NCBI GenBank assembly: GCA_018052455.1
Contig: JAGPNE010000007.1
Location: forward strand, 654-64,653
Length of the DNA stretch: 64,000 nt
Direction: 5' to 3'
Origin: Candidatus Fermentithermobacillaceae bacterium
GTDB taxonomy: Bacteria; Bacillota; Sulfobacillia; Fermentithermobacillales; Fermentithermobacillaceae
Of the stretch, positions 1-9,302 are shown piece by piece. The first letter of the stretch is position 1, and each line of letters starts with the position of its first letter. The notes beneath the pieces are model-generated. The model did no database searches. It was not told the DNA's origin and saw only the letters and a program-made list of their open reading frames with translations. The translations under genes were made by a program, and so were the position numbers.

Positions 1-770
1 TCTTGCTTTTGGTTCGGATCTTGATAGGCGATCGCGAAGTCAAAATCGCTGAAATCCGAAGGAGTACTAGGTGTATACCAGCCTCGGTTGATTGCGTAGG
101 TGACTATGTCATTCGATGCAACGTAGTTTTTCTTGTCCGAAAGATCCACATTTCGAATGGTGTACCAGTTGGGAATAAACATGACCTCATCATCTGGGAC
201 TCTTTTTGCTACGTAATGCTTACCCTTTACGACCTGAAGTACCCAACCTTCATTCTTGTCGACAATCTGATAAGCTCGGCCTGACGCTGTATATCCGTAC
301 TTATCCAACAGACTTGCCGCGATTTCGACCCCTTCTCTTGCAGTTCGTGCTCTCTGAGCTACTATATGTCCCAGTCCATATCCTATGCCGCCGTTTGTCA
401 GTTCGGGCATGTCTTCCCTGGAATTTGAGCAGCTGTCACTAGCTATTGCTACTCCCCACTCATTTATGAAAGTGTCGCTAAATGGAGCTTTCCAGCTTGC
501 TCTTGTCTCGGACCATAGGTAGCTCCAGGTTACCTGGACTTGGGGGATCTTGGCGCACTCGGGTTCAAAAGTCAGAAACTCTCCAGGTTCATGATTTTCC
601 CGCGGAACCCTGTATTGCACCATTACATTATTGCCACTGTCGTCCTCATTGTGACCAAAGAGAACTTCGTTGGTTAGAGATGCCTTTTTTCCAACTATGA
701 TTGCGCTGCAGTCTTCGACTATGTCGTCACAACGTGTTTCGTCTGATTCGAAGGTGTTCACTGTGATCAT
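1..770 (-). CDS. C69 family dipeptidase (partial; C-terminus lies beyond the window start)
   Basis: Minus-strand translation starts MITVNTFESDETRCDDIVEDCSAIIVGKKASLTNEVLFGHNEDD, which has the N-terminal nucleophile Cys motif typical of peptidase C69. ATG at 768-770 is preceded by a GGAG ribosome-binding site. The reading frame continues without a stop to position 1. Confidence 0.7.
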   Translation of the reverse strand, partial: MITVNTFESDETRCDDIVEDCSAIIVGKKASLTNEVLFGHNEDDSGNNVMVQYRVPRENHEPGEFLTFEPECAKIPQVQVTWSYLWSETRASWKAPFSDTFINEWGVAIASDSCSNSREDMPELTNGGIGYGLGHIVAQRARTAREGVEIAASLLDKYGYTASGRAYQIVDKNEGWVLQVVKGKHYVAKRVPDDEVMFIPNWYTIRNVDLSDKKNYVASNDIVTYAINRGWYTPSTPSDFSDFDFAIAYQDPNQKQ

Positions 771-843
771 ATCCTTGCTCCTTCCACTCGGGTGATGGTT
801 CGCGATCCCTCATATTCTACTATGTTTTTCGACTGAGCAATTT

Positions 844-2292
844 CTATTGAGTTTTTCTAATAAGCCTAAGACCATGCCGCATTGCCCACACATTGCCTTT
901 TGTATCGAACAAGAAGTACAAATCCGTGCTGTCTTCGTCGTCTTCCATGTCAATATCTTTATCTACGCGGATGGAATTGTAGCCTGTTGGTTTTGCAGGG
1001 TACGCATTTGCTCCATTTCTCCCATGCGAGATGTAAAAAAGGTTTTTTCCATCGAAGGCGACGGAAATCTCAGTACCTTCTCCCGATGCGTAAAGGCCTG
1101 CAAACTTTGCAATATGCTCAGAAGGAATGTCTGCTGCAGGTAGTTTTGGCTCGTGGTAGTCACGCGGAAGTCCAAGAACTCCGTTCAAAGCAGCGAAGAA
1201 TACCTTCGAAGCAGGGAAACCGCTGAGGTTAGTCAGTACGGAAACAGAGATCTTCTTTTCGGGTATGAACCCAATGTAAGAGGCCACGCCGACTATGTTT
1301 CCACCATGGTGAACCAGAGTAACGCCGTCATAATATTCAGGCTCTACCTGAAATCCATAGCCATAGTAACTTCCATTTTCAAGAGAATAGTAAGGCGAGG
1401 TTATTCTGTCTGCGGTTGCCGTTTCACATATCCTATTACTCCCACAGAAACCTCTTTTGATATATAAGTTAGTGTAGTTCAGCAGGTCCCTGATGGATGA
1501 TTTCAGAGATCCCGATGATACGAATGTCTCCCTGTGTTTCCAGGGTGCCTTGACTAGGCCGCCTTTTTCATTGCGGTAGTACAGTCCTTGAAACTCGAAA
1601 TTCGATAGAGCAGCCACATCAATGAACGTATGGTCCATTCCTAATGGTTCCAGGACATTCTTCTTCAGATACTGTTCAAACGAGACACCCGAAACCCTTT
1701 CAACTACCTCGCCCAAGAGCGAGAAGCAATCATTGGAATAGCTCATGTATTGTCCTGGTCGGCCGAGTGGTTCGAAGTCGTAATTCGAGATAAATCGCAA
1801 GAGGTCTTTGTTGGTTCGAATAACGGGTTTGCCCTGCATGCTATTCTCGGGTTTGTTTCTCAGAGCCATGCGGTCGGCTAGGTACTCTTCCACAGTAATA
1901 CTAAGTTCGTTCACGTAGTCAAGTGATGGAAGAGGTGGCATTCCTGAGGTATGTGTTAAGAAAGAGTGGATCGTCATCTTGTGAGCAGCATCCGATCCTC
2001 GGATGCTGAATTCCGGAAGATAGCGTTTCACAGGGTGAGATACCGACAGTTTCTTCTCCTCAGCCAGAAGGTTTATGCAAAGCGCCGTAAACGATTTGGT
2101 TAGAGACGCAAGACCAAATACGGTGTCTTCTGTTATCGGTTGGTTCTTCTCCACGTCTGAGAGACCGAAACCCTTGAAATATTCCATACTCCCATCGACA
2201 CTGATCCCCACGGCTACACCAGGGGCTCTGGTTTTTTCCATCAATTTACAAACGTAGTCCTCAAATTCGCTGACCTTAAAATCTTCTATCAA
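844..2292 (-). CDS. Serine hydrolase of the beta-lactamase / PBP-like (S12) family
   Basis: 482 aa ORF with S-x-x-K (ASLTKSF) and Y-S-N (MSYSND) motifs characteristic of class C beta-lactamase-like hydrolases. Confidence 0.75.
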   Translation of the reverse strand: MIEDFKVSEFEDYVCKLMEKTRAPGVAVGISVDGSMEYFKGFGLSDVEKNQPITEDTVFGLASLTKSFTALCINLLAEEKKLSVSHPVKRYLPEFSIRGSDAAHKMTIHSFLTHTSGMPPLPSLDYVNELSITVEEYLADRMALRNKPENSMQGKPVIRTNKDLLRFISNYDFEPLGRPGQYMSYSNDCFSLLGEVVERVSGVSFEQYLKKNVLEPLGMDHTFIDVAALSNFEFQGLYYRNEKGGLVKAPWKHRETFVSSGSLKSSIRDLLNYTNLYIKRGFCGSNRICETATADRITSPYYSLENGSYYGYGFQVEPEYYDGVTLVHHGGNIVGVASYIGFIPEKKISVSVLTNLSGFPASKVFFAALNGVLGLPRDYHEPKLPAADIPSEHIAKFAGLYASGEGTEISVAFDGKNLFYISHGRNGANAYPAKPTGYNSIRVDKDIDMEDDEDSTDLYFLFDTKGNVWAMRHGLRLIRKTQ

Positions 2293-2497
2293 ATCGCTAA
2301 CCCCCTCTTACTTACTCATACTGCAATCAGGGGTGCGATTGCAAGACAAAAGTGAAGGGTCAATGCCAGAAAACGCGGTGCTGGCCGAAGAAGGTATATG
2401 CGCGTAGTATATGGAATGTAAAGGCGCCCTCCTATATGATCTAGGAACAAAGACGGGCGACGGTTTTGGGGGTTCTTTGAAAGGAGCAATTCTCATG

Positions 2498-2890
2498 GGC
2501 TCTTATGGCTTCAGAATAGGCCTGGATCTGGTGTCTCTTGCTCGAGTAGAAGAGATGTACGAGACAAGGCAATTTCTATTTCTCGAGAGGTTCTTTACAG
2601 GCGATGAAATCGAGTTCTGCTTGCTGAGTCCAAATCCTAGGAGGCAGATAGAGAGCATGGCAGGCTCTATCGCTGCTAAGGAAGCAGTGATGAAGGTTTT
2701 GGGCGAAGGATGGCCGAAGATTCCGTGGACAGATATTGAGATCGTGCGTAAAGAAACAGGGCGTCCTGTCGCTTGCTTGAAAGGGAAAGCCTTAGAACTT
2801 ATGGAAGAAGAGAATCTGCAATCTATACCGATTTCGATTACTCATGATGGTCAGATGGCGGCTGCGGTTGCCATTGGAGTTCCCAAATAG
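2498..2890 (+). CDS. acpS: Holo-[acyl-carrier-protein] synthase (4'-phosphopantetheinyl transferase)
   Basis: ~130 aa, MGSYGFRIGLDLVSLARVEE...GSIAAKEAVMKVLG, an AcpS-like sequence. SD GAAAGGAG lies upstream of ATG 2498. Confidence 0.8.
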   Translation, partial: GSYGFRIGLDLVSLARVEEMYETRQFLFLERFFTGDEIEFCLLSPNPRRQIESMAGSIAAKEAVMKVLGEGWPKIPWTDIEIVRKETGRPVACLKGKALELMEEENLQSIPISITHDGQMAAAVAIGVPK

Positions 2891-2959
2891 TGGTTTGCGA
2901 AGTTCGTCTATGTGAAAGTAATCTGGCAGGTTGAAAGGTATTTGAAGGGGGGGTCAGCG

Positions 2960-4654
2960 GTGGTTCTTGTATCTTCGGAGCAAATGCGAGAGTTAGATCG
3001 CATGGTTCAGAAAATGGGTGTTTCAGCTCTTCTCCTTATGGAAAACGCGGGGAGGGCTTTGGCTCATCATTCCATGGATCTCCTAGATGAGGGAGAACAC
3101 TTTTTTCCCAAAGGGATAGAAAAGTCATCTCGGGCGGCACATATGACCACACGCCACGCAAAGAGAGGGACCATTGTTGTTCTTGCCGGTCCTGGTCAAA
3201 ATGGGGGTGACGGGTTCTGCGCCGCAAGACATCTAGCGGCGCATGGCTATGAAGTCAAGGTGGGCCTCTTCGGAAAAAAGGAGGATTTGCCGTATGAAGC
3301 GTCCCTCAATTACGAGGTGCTCAGAGCGTATCCGATTGAAGTTCTTCCTCTCGACTTTGAAAATCCGCAGGCGACAGTCGAACAGTTAGGCTCGCCTGAC
3401 CTGGTAATTGATGCTCTTTTGGGGATCGGGACCAAAGGACCTCCTAGATTTCCAATAGACCTTGCTGTAAAGTGGGCCAATTCCCAAGGGGTACCAATTG
3501 TGGCCTGCGATATCCCTACAGGGATCTCTGCAGATACAGGAGAGGTATATGAGCCATGCATAAGAGCCAATACTACTGTGACCATGGGATACGCCAAAAT
3601 AGGGCTTTTGTCTTATCCTGGTAGGATGTTTGCGGGCAATGTAGTAGTTGAAAACCTGAGTTTCCCACGTGACCTTGTAGCGGGCTCTGCGGAACCAGTG
3701 AAGATCGACATGATTTCAGAGAACATTCAGTGCACAGTTCCAGCTCCACTCGAGATCATGACACAGGCCGTGTTCTCAGAAGATGTGAGGCCGCTATTTC
3801 CCCAAAGGCAAGAAGATCATCACAAGGGACTGTCAGGTCATGTTATGGTAATTGCAGGTTCATTGGGGATGGCAGGTGCATCTGTCTTGTGCGCAAAGAG
3901 TGCTCTAAGGGCCGGCGCAGGTACAGTTACCCTTGTCTGCCCTGGTAAGATATATGAGGTGTGCGCTTCTGCGGCACCCGAAGTAATGGTGCTGCCTTAC
4001 GGGGATTCCAAGGCCTTTACGCCCGATCCCAAATCATTTAGAATGGTAAAAGATAAGTTAGAAAAGACCGACGCGATAGCCATAGGGCCAGGATGGGGCA
4101 GGGGACCTTCTCAAACGGAATTCTTGAAGGAAATGTTGCCTCTTGTGTTGAACATACCTTGTGTAGTAGATGCAGACGCGCTTTTTGCTCTCGCGGAATT
4201 GGGTGGATTGGCATATCTTGAACAACTGCACGGCGAGTTCATACTTACGCCTCATCCCGGAGAGATGGCGATACTTCGTAGTATGGGTGTGTCAGAATTG
4301 AACCGAGATAGGCCGGCTGTCGCCAGGAGAGCAGCTATGGAGTCTGGAAGCGTTGTATGCCTCAAAGGCGCCGGTACATGTACCGCAGGGCCACGAGGTG
4401 AATTGTTTATTAACACCTCAGGTACTGCTGCTATGGCTACAGCGGGATCTGGAGACGTTTTGACAGGGGTAATTGCAGGTCTAGGAGCGCAGGGTCTAGC
4501 TGCCCTAGACAGTGCCGTTGTGGGAGTGTTTTGGCACGGAACCGCAGGCGAGATGGCGCATGAGAACAAGGGTTCGTATGGGATACTCGCCGGAGACATC
4601 GTAGATTATTTGCCTTATAGCCGCGCTGCGATAGAAAGCGGTCAGAGGCGATGA
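2960..4654 (+). CDS. nnr: Bifunctional NAD(P)H-hydrate epimerase / ADP-dependent NAD(P)H-hydrate dehydratase (YjeF_N + YjeF_C)
   Basis: The N-terminal part (LMENAGRALA..LAGPGQNGGDG) matches a YjeF_N domain. The C-terminal part (GPGWGRG, GSGDVLTGVIAGL) matches a carbohydrate-kinase-like dehydratase domain. GTG start at 2960 follows a G-rich SD. Confidence 0.8.
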   Translation: MVLVSSEQMRELDRMVQKMGVSALLLMENAGRALAHHSMDLLDEGEHFFPKGIEKSSRAAHMTTRHAKRGTIVVLAGPGQNGGDGFCAARHLAAHGYEVKVGLFGKKEDLPYEASLNYEVLRAYPIEVLPLDFENPQATVEQLGSPDLVIDALLGIGTKGPPRFPIDLAVKWANSQGVPIVACDIPTGISADTGEVYEPCIRANTTVTMGYAKIGLLSYPGRMFAGNVVVENLSFPRDLVAGSAEPVKIDMISENIQCTVPAPLEIMTQAVFSEDVRPLFPQRQEDHHKGLSGHVMVIAGSLGMAGASVLCAKSALRAGAGTVTLVCPGKIYEVCASAAPEVMVLPYGDSKAFTPDPKSFRMVKDKLEKTDAIAIGPGWGRGPSQTEFLKEMLPLVLNIPCVVDADALFALAELGGLAYLEQLHGEFILTPHPGEMAILRSMGVSELNRDRPAVARRAAMESGSVVCLKGAGTCTAGPRGELFINTSGTAAMATAGSGDVLTGVIAGLGAQGLAALDSAVVGVFWHGTAGEMAHENKGSYGILAGDIVDYLPYSRAAIESGQRR

Positions 4655-4703
4655 AGATTCTGCGAAGAGAGGTGAAGGGCCCGCCAGAAGGTGGGCTTGG
4701 ATT

Positions 4704-5030
4704 TTGGACAGGATGAAAGAGTTTGTGACAACACTTCCCGAAGATATGCTTGCAGATATTGATGACATTGCAAGAAAAACGAGCAAGACCAGGTCTTTGT
4801 TTATCGAAGAGGCCTGTTGCTTTTACATTGAGAAGATAAGACGGGACAACATGCTTGAATCTATGAAAACTGGATACTTGGAAATGGCAGAGATAAACCA
4901 GGTTCTTGCTGAGGAGATATGGTGCGATTTCGCTTGTCTTCCTCGTAGTGATTACGAAAAAGAGTATTATTCAGATGCGATAGGAAGGATCTTGCATTCC
5001 GAGAACTTAGACAAATGGAGGAAGACCTGA
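4704..5030 (+). CDS. ndoAI: Type II antitoxin of the EndoAI / MazE-like family
   Basis: 108 aa ORF immediately upstream of, and abutting, the ndoA toxin gene (stop 5030, next start 5031). Resembles B. subtilis YdcD-type antitoxins (..RRGYLEMAEIN..). Confidence 0.65.
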   Translation: MDRMKEFVTTLPEDMLADIDDIARKTSKTRSLFIEEACCFYIEKIRRDNMLESMKTGYLEMAEINQVLAEEIWCDFACLPRSDYEKEYYSDAIGRILHSENLDKWRKT

Positions 5031-5381
5031 TTGGAGCCTTCTCGAGGAGATATCTATTTTGCAGACTTGAATCCTGTGCTTGGTTCGGAACAAGGCGGAT
5101 TCAGACCAGTCTTGATAGTGCAAAATGACATAGGCAACAAGTATAGTCCTACCGTCATTGTATCGGCCATAAGTTCACAGATCCAGAAAGCGAAACTCCC
5201 CACTCATGTTGAACTACCTGCAAGCGTTTCTAATCTCGAAAAAGATTCGGTCATCTTGCTTGAGCAGATCAGAACTATAGATAAAAGGCGGCTAAAGAAA
5301 TGGGTAGCTAGACTTGACAAGGATATCATGGATAGGGTCGATGAGAGTCTATCCATCTCGTTGGGACTTAAGGAAATATGA
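5031..5381 (+). CDS. ndoA: Type II toxin endoribonuclease of the MazF/PemK family (EndoA)
   Basis: [74 protein letters not shown] is near-identical in motif content to B. subtilis EndoA (YdcE). Confidence 0.9.
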   Translation: MEPSRGDIYFADLNPVLGSEQGGFRPVLIVQNDIGNKYSPTVIVSAISSQIQKAKLPTHVELPASVSNLEKDSVILLEQIRTIDKRRLKKWVARLDKDIMDRVDESLSISLGLKEI

Positions 5382-5418
5382 GTGTATTCTGAGGTTTTTC
5401 TAACAAGGGGGTTTTGAA

Positions 5419-6498
5419 ATGTCAATAAGCGATCTAGGTTTCTCCAAAGTGCGCCTTTCTGATTTGCCAACTCCTTTTGAGGAAGCTCCACGATTTAGCC
5501 AGGTCTTAGGAGGACCGCGGATATTTGTCAAACGTGATGATGCTACGGCTCTTGCTTTAGGTGGAAACAAAGCCAGGAAACTTGAATTTCTCCTTGGAGA
5601 TGCGCTTGCGAGGCAATGCGATACAGTGATTACAGCAGGAGGACCGCAATCGAATCACGCTAGAATGACGGCGGCAGCCTCGGTAAAGCTTGGCATGCAG
5701 CCTGTTCTTGTACTAGATGGTGACGACCCGGGAACTAGGCAGGGCAACCTATTGCTAGATCACATTCTGGGCGCAGATTTAGTGTTTACTGGTCAGAGGG
5801 CTTCAGAAGATGTGATAGCAGAAACTGAGGTGAATCTAAAGCGCGAGGGTAAAAAGCCTTATGTTATTCCGGTAGGCGGTTCTAACTCTATAGGAACGCT
5901 AGGCTACATCGGTTGCGCTCGAGAACTTGCACATGATTTTGCAAGCGCAGAGATTTCCCCTAGCACTTTGTACCTTGCGACAGGTTCGTCGGGTACTCTG
6001 GCTGGTCTCTTGCTCGGAAAACTGATATATGGGCTGTCTTTCTCCATCAAGGGAGTTGCGGTAAGCCCAGGCGCGGATAAGAAAGAAGCCAGGGTCCTAG
6101 AACTGATAAAAGAGGCTATAGATCTCATAAAGGAGAAGCTCGAAGGCTTTGAAAGACGGACCGAGATACAGGCTGGTTCGTGCGATGTTGATAAGCTGAA
6201 AAATCAAATCTTCGGTATTACCGAGGAAGACATAAGAGCCAACATAAGCATTACCGAAGGTTTTGTTGGCCCTGGGTATGCTGTGCCAACTGCCGAGGGC
6301 ATAGAAGCTATCTTTACGCTTGCCCGAAGCGAGGGGATAATCACTGACCCGGTATACACAGGTAAGGCACTCGCGTGCCTAATGGCGGACGTGCGAAACG
6401 GACTGTATAGCAAAGATGAGGCAATTGTTTTTCTCCATACAGGAGGAACGCCTGCAAACTTTGCATATGTAAATGCTTTCTTGAAAGAAGGGGTTTAG
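5419..6498 (+). CDS. PLP-dependent D-cysteine desulfhydrase / ACC deaminase family enzyme
   Basis: GGNKARKLEFLL lysine motif and overall length (359 aa) fit the DcyD/ACC-deaminase fold. Confidence 0.75.
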   Translation: MSISDLGFSKVRLSDLPTPFEEAPRFSQVLGGPRIFVKRDDATALALGGNKARKLEFLLGDALARQCDTVITAGGPQSNHARMTAAASVKLGMQPVLVLDGDDPGTRQGNLLLDHILGADLVFTGQRASEDVIAETEVNLKREGKKPYVIPVGGSNSIGTLGYIGCARELAHDFASAEISPSTLYLATGSSGTLAGLLLGKLIYGLSFSIKGVAVSPGADKKEARVLELIKEAIDLIKEKLEGFERRTEIQAGSCDVDKLKNQIFGITEEDIRANISITEGFVGPGYAVPTAEGIEAIFTLARSEGIITDPVYTGKALACLMADVRNGLYSKDEAIVFLHTGGTPANFAYVNAFLKEGV

Positions 6499-6499
6499 A

Positions 6500-7207
6500 T
6501 TGAAGCCAATTATCGGCATAACGTCTAGCTGGGACGAGGAAAGACAAGCAGCGGTTTTGCAATATACTTATGTTGATGCAGTGTTAGAAGCAGGTGGCAT
6601 CCCAGTGTTGATCCCAATACTTGGGAAATCGGAGGCCGAAGAACTTTTGTCGAGAGTAGATGGCGTGTTGTTTCCAGGAGGTGCGGATGTAGATCCACAG
6701 AGGTATATGGAACGCCCGCATCAGAAACTTGGCAATATCAACCCTAGGCTTGATGAATTAGAGTTGAATGTCGCTAAACGTGCGCTGGAACGTAGGTTGC
6801 CGATTATAGGTATCTGCAGGGGATGTCAGATAGTTAACGTAGCCGCAGGTGGCTCATTGGTACAGGATATACCATCGCAGGTTGGAGGAGCTATGAAACA
6901 CAATCAAGATGCTCCGAGATGGTACGGGACGCACGAGGTAATTCTTGAGGAAGGCTCCATGGTGGCAGACATTTTCGAAACTCGTCGCTTAGTTGTTAAT
7001 TCGTATCACCATCAGTCAGTCAGAGATCCAGGAGACGGTCTGACCGTTTCAGGTAGGGCTCTTGACGGGGTGGTAGAAGTGGTAGAAGGCAGGCAAGGAT
7101 TCGTCTTGCTTATTCAGTGGCACCCCGAAGGGATGTGGAGACACAATCCTTTGTTTATCAAACCGTTCAAGGCATTTATTGAAGCCGCAAAAGAGTTCAG
7201 TCATTGA
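6500..7207 (+). CDS. Class I glutamine amidotransferase-like, gamma-glutamyl-GABA hydrolase family (peptidase C26)
   Basis: GICRGCQ catalytic Cys context, HHQS His, and the IIGITSSWDEE N-terminus typical of the PuuD/C26 family. TTG start after an AAGGGG SD. Confidence 0.75.
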   Translation: MKPIIGITSSWDEERQAAVLQYTYVDAVLEAGGIPVLIPILGKSEAEELLSRVDGVLFPGGADVDPQRYMERPHQKLGNINPRLDELELNVAKRALERRLPIIGICRGCQIVNVAAGGSLVQDIPSQVGGAMKHNQDAPRWYGTHEVILEEGSMVADIFETRRLVVNSYHHQSVRDPGDGLTVSGRALDGVVEVVEGRQGFVLLIQWHPEGMWRHNPLFIKPFKAFIEAAKEFSH

Positions 7208-7228
7208 CTTGGAGGATATTAGTTAGTA

Positions 7229-8365
7229 ATGGGATATGATATTTCAGTAAAGTCTACCGAAGGTCCTCGACGCAGGTTTCGGGATTACAGATTGTCAACA
7301 GGTTTGTTACCAACTGGTCCCTGCAATGCAATAACAGATGTCCCAGGAGTTCTTGTAGGTCACTCCACAATCGTTCAAGGCGAAGGTGCGCTTATTCCAG
7401 GGCAAGGCCCAGTTAGAACGGGTGTTACTGCAATTCTGCCTCATGGGGGAAATCTGTTCAGGGACAAAGTAAGGGGTGCTATACACGTAATCAATGGTTT
7501 CGGTAAGGCTACGGGTATTGCACAGATACAGGAACTTGGTATCATAGAAACGCCGATTGTTCTTACGAATACGCTTAGTGTAGGTTCCGCTTGGGATAGC
7601 CTTTGTGGATATATGTTGGATAGCAACCCTGAAATAGGTGTATCTGCAGGAACAGTCAATCCCTGTGTTTTGGAGTGTAATGATGGCTATCTTAACGACA
7701 TAAGGGGCAGGCATGTAAAGAAGGAGCATGTCTTGTCAGCTCTTTCAGGTGCCAAAGGTGGCCTCGTACCTGAAGGTAATGTGGGTGGGGGCACGGGTAT
7801 GTCGTGTTTGGGGTTCAAGGGAGGAATTGGTACATCCTCGAGAGTCGTACAGGTAGACGAACAATGGACCCTAGGTGTTCTGGTAATGTCTAACTTTGGC
7901 AGGCTGGAAGATCTGCTAATCTGTGGTATCCCCGTAGGCGTAGAGATCAAACAAACTATTGGAATGCAGCCGAAAAAACCTCCAGGATCAATCGTAGTTA
8001 TCGTTGGAACTGACGCTCCTTTATCAGATAGGCAGCTGTTACGGATTGCACGCCGATGCCAAGGTGGCCTGGCTCGGACGGGGTCTGTTTTTTCTAACGG
8101 CAGTGGTGATTTTGCGTTGGCTTTTTCGACAGCCAATAAGGTTTCAGATTCTGATACCTCACAACTCTCAGAGGAGATGTACATAAGAGACGACTCTCCT
8201 TACATGGGTCTTCTTTTCAGGGCTTGCGTAGAGGCGGTCGAAGAAAGCGTCCTTAATTCTTTATTTATGGCAGAGACTATGGTAGGACGCGACGGGCATA
8301 CGAGCCTTGGCATACCTACTGACATAGTGTTGGATATTCTAGCGCGGCATAATGTTATCGATTGA
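7229..8365 (+). CDS. P1 family peptidase (DmpA / L-aminopeptidase D-Ala-esterase-like, S58)
   Basis: 378 aa. Gly-rich segments (GGGTGMSCLGFKGGIGTSS) and the overall pattern resemble the DmpA/OAT self-processing Ntn-hydrolase family. Confidence 0.6.
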   Translation: MGYDISVKSTEGPRRRFRDYRLSTGLLPTGPCNAITDVPGVLVGHSTIVQGEGALIPGQGPVRTGVTAILPHGGNLFRDKVRGAIHVINGFGKATGIAQIQELGIIETPIVLTNTLSVGSAWDSLCGYMLDSNPEIGVSAGTVNPCVLECNDGYLNDIRGRHVKKEHVLSALSGAKGGLVPEGNVGGGTGMSCLGFKGGIGTSSRVVQVDEQWTLGVLVMSNFGRLEDLLICGIPVGVEIKQTIGMQPKKPPGSIVVIVGTDAPLSDRQLLRIARRCQGGLARTGSVFSNGSGDFALAFSTANKVSDSDTSQLSEEMYIRDDSPYMGLLFRACVEAVEESVLNSLFMAETMVGRDGHTSLGIPTDIVLDILARHNVID

Positions 8366-8503
8366 ACATGGTTGTAGCAGTATTTGAGCGGCAATTACTA
8401 GATAGCAGGAGAATTCTAAGGGTCGTAGAATCAGGTACGAAATGCCCAGGGCAAATGGTACAAGCTGGTAAGAAATGTGTTCATTGGGGAGGTTTATGAT
8501 GAC

Positions 8504-9206
8504 GGAAACAAAAGATGAGGGCAAAGGTACTGACAGGCGTACGCCAGATGCAAGCAGACCTTCGTACCTTAGGGGCCCACTGCCTAAAAAAGGTGATGTA
8601 GAAGTCAAGAGCGAGCCGCAGGAGAAAGCAGATGCGGGTGCTGTTGAAAACAGCGTTCCTCAAGCAGCCGAAGAAAAAGGAGAAGATGTTGAATTGTATT
8701 CGTGGAAGGTTTGGCTCCTTCCGCTCCGTCCTCTCGTTTCTGTCTTGGTAGTAGCATCTGTGGCAGGTTGTATAGGGCTTGCCTACTGGGCGTTTCCTCA
8801 GTTTTTCTTCGTGGCTGTGATGACTGTTATACTCTTGAACAGGCTGGCTCTTTACCTGTTCCCCGTGAAGTATGTAATCACAGAGCAGACTGTAGGGTAC
8901 AGGACCTTTCTTGCTAGAGATATCCGTCCTTGGAACAAATTCCTAACCTACTACCAGTTCCACGACGGCGTGCTTCTTTCCCACGACACACGAACAGTCA
9001 GGGGACGCATGAAACAGGGCATGTTCCTCTACTACAGCCCGGATGGTTCGAACAAAGACAAAGTACTCGAAATAATATCCTCAAAGCTCAACCCGCCTGA
9101 AGAGGCGTTTACTGAGAAAGACAAGATCGTCGAGAAAGAGAAGAAGGAAAGAGGAGGGATCCGAGCGGCAATTGAGCGAACTCGCAAGGTCAAACCCAAA
9201 GACTGA
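8504..9206 (+). CDS. Membrane protein: two transmembrane helices followed by a bacterial PH-like (bPH_2/YdbS-type) domain, with an acidic N-terminal region and a K/E-rich C-terminal tail
   Basis: GGGGAGG SD 4 nt before ATG 8504. Hydrophobic helices LLPLRPLVSVLVVASVAGCIGLAYWAF and FFFVAVMTVILLNRLALYLF are followed by a ~100 aa soluble domain (VKYVITEQTVGYRTF..GMFLYYSP) with a bPH_2-like pattern. Confidence 0.5.
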
Positions 9207-9302
9207 GATTTGCAATCACACAGGTAGGATCTTGGTGTAATAGGCGATGCGACAGTTAAGGCGGACCACTGGACCAAGGAACGACTTTAAGGAGGGAATC
9301 GG

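Noticed and set aside
847-1467. Several 70-114 aa ORFs on both strands inside the 844-2292 serine hydrolase gene
   Set aside because: They overlap a long ORF that has clear family motifs. They have no SDs and low-complexity, unlikely compositions. They are typical antisense or shadow ORFs.
7307-8184. Minus-strand ORFs of 140 and 165 aa inside the P1 peptidase gene
   Set aside because: The plus-strand ORF is longer and has peptidase-like Gly-rich motifs. The minus ORFs are Pro/Ser/Cys-rich shadow frames.
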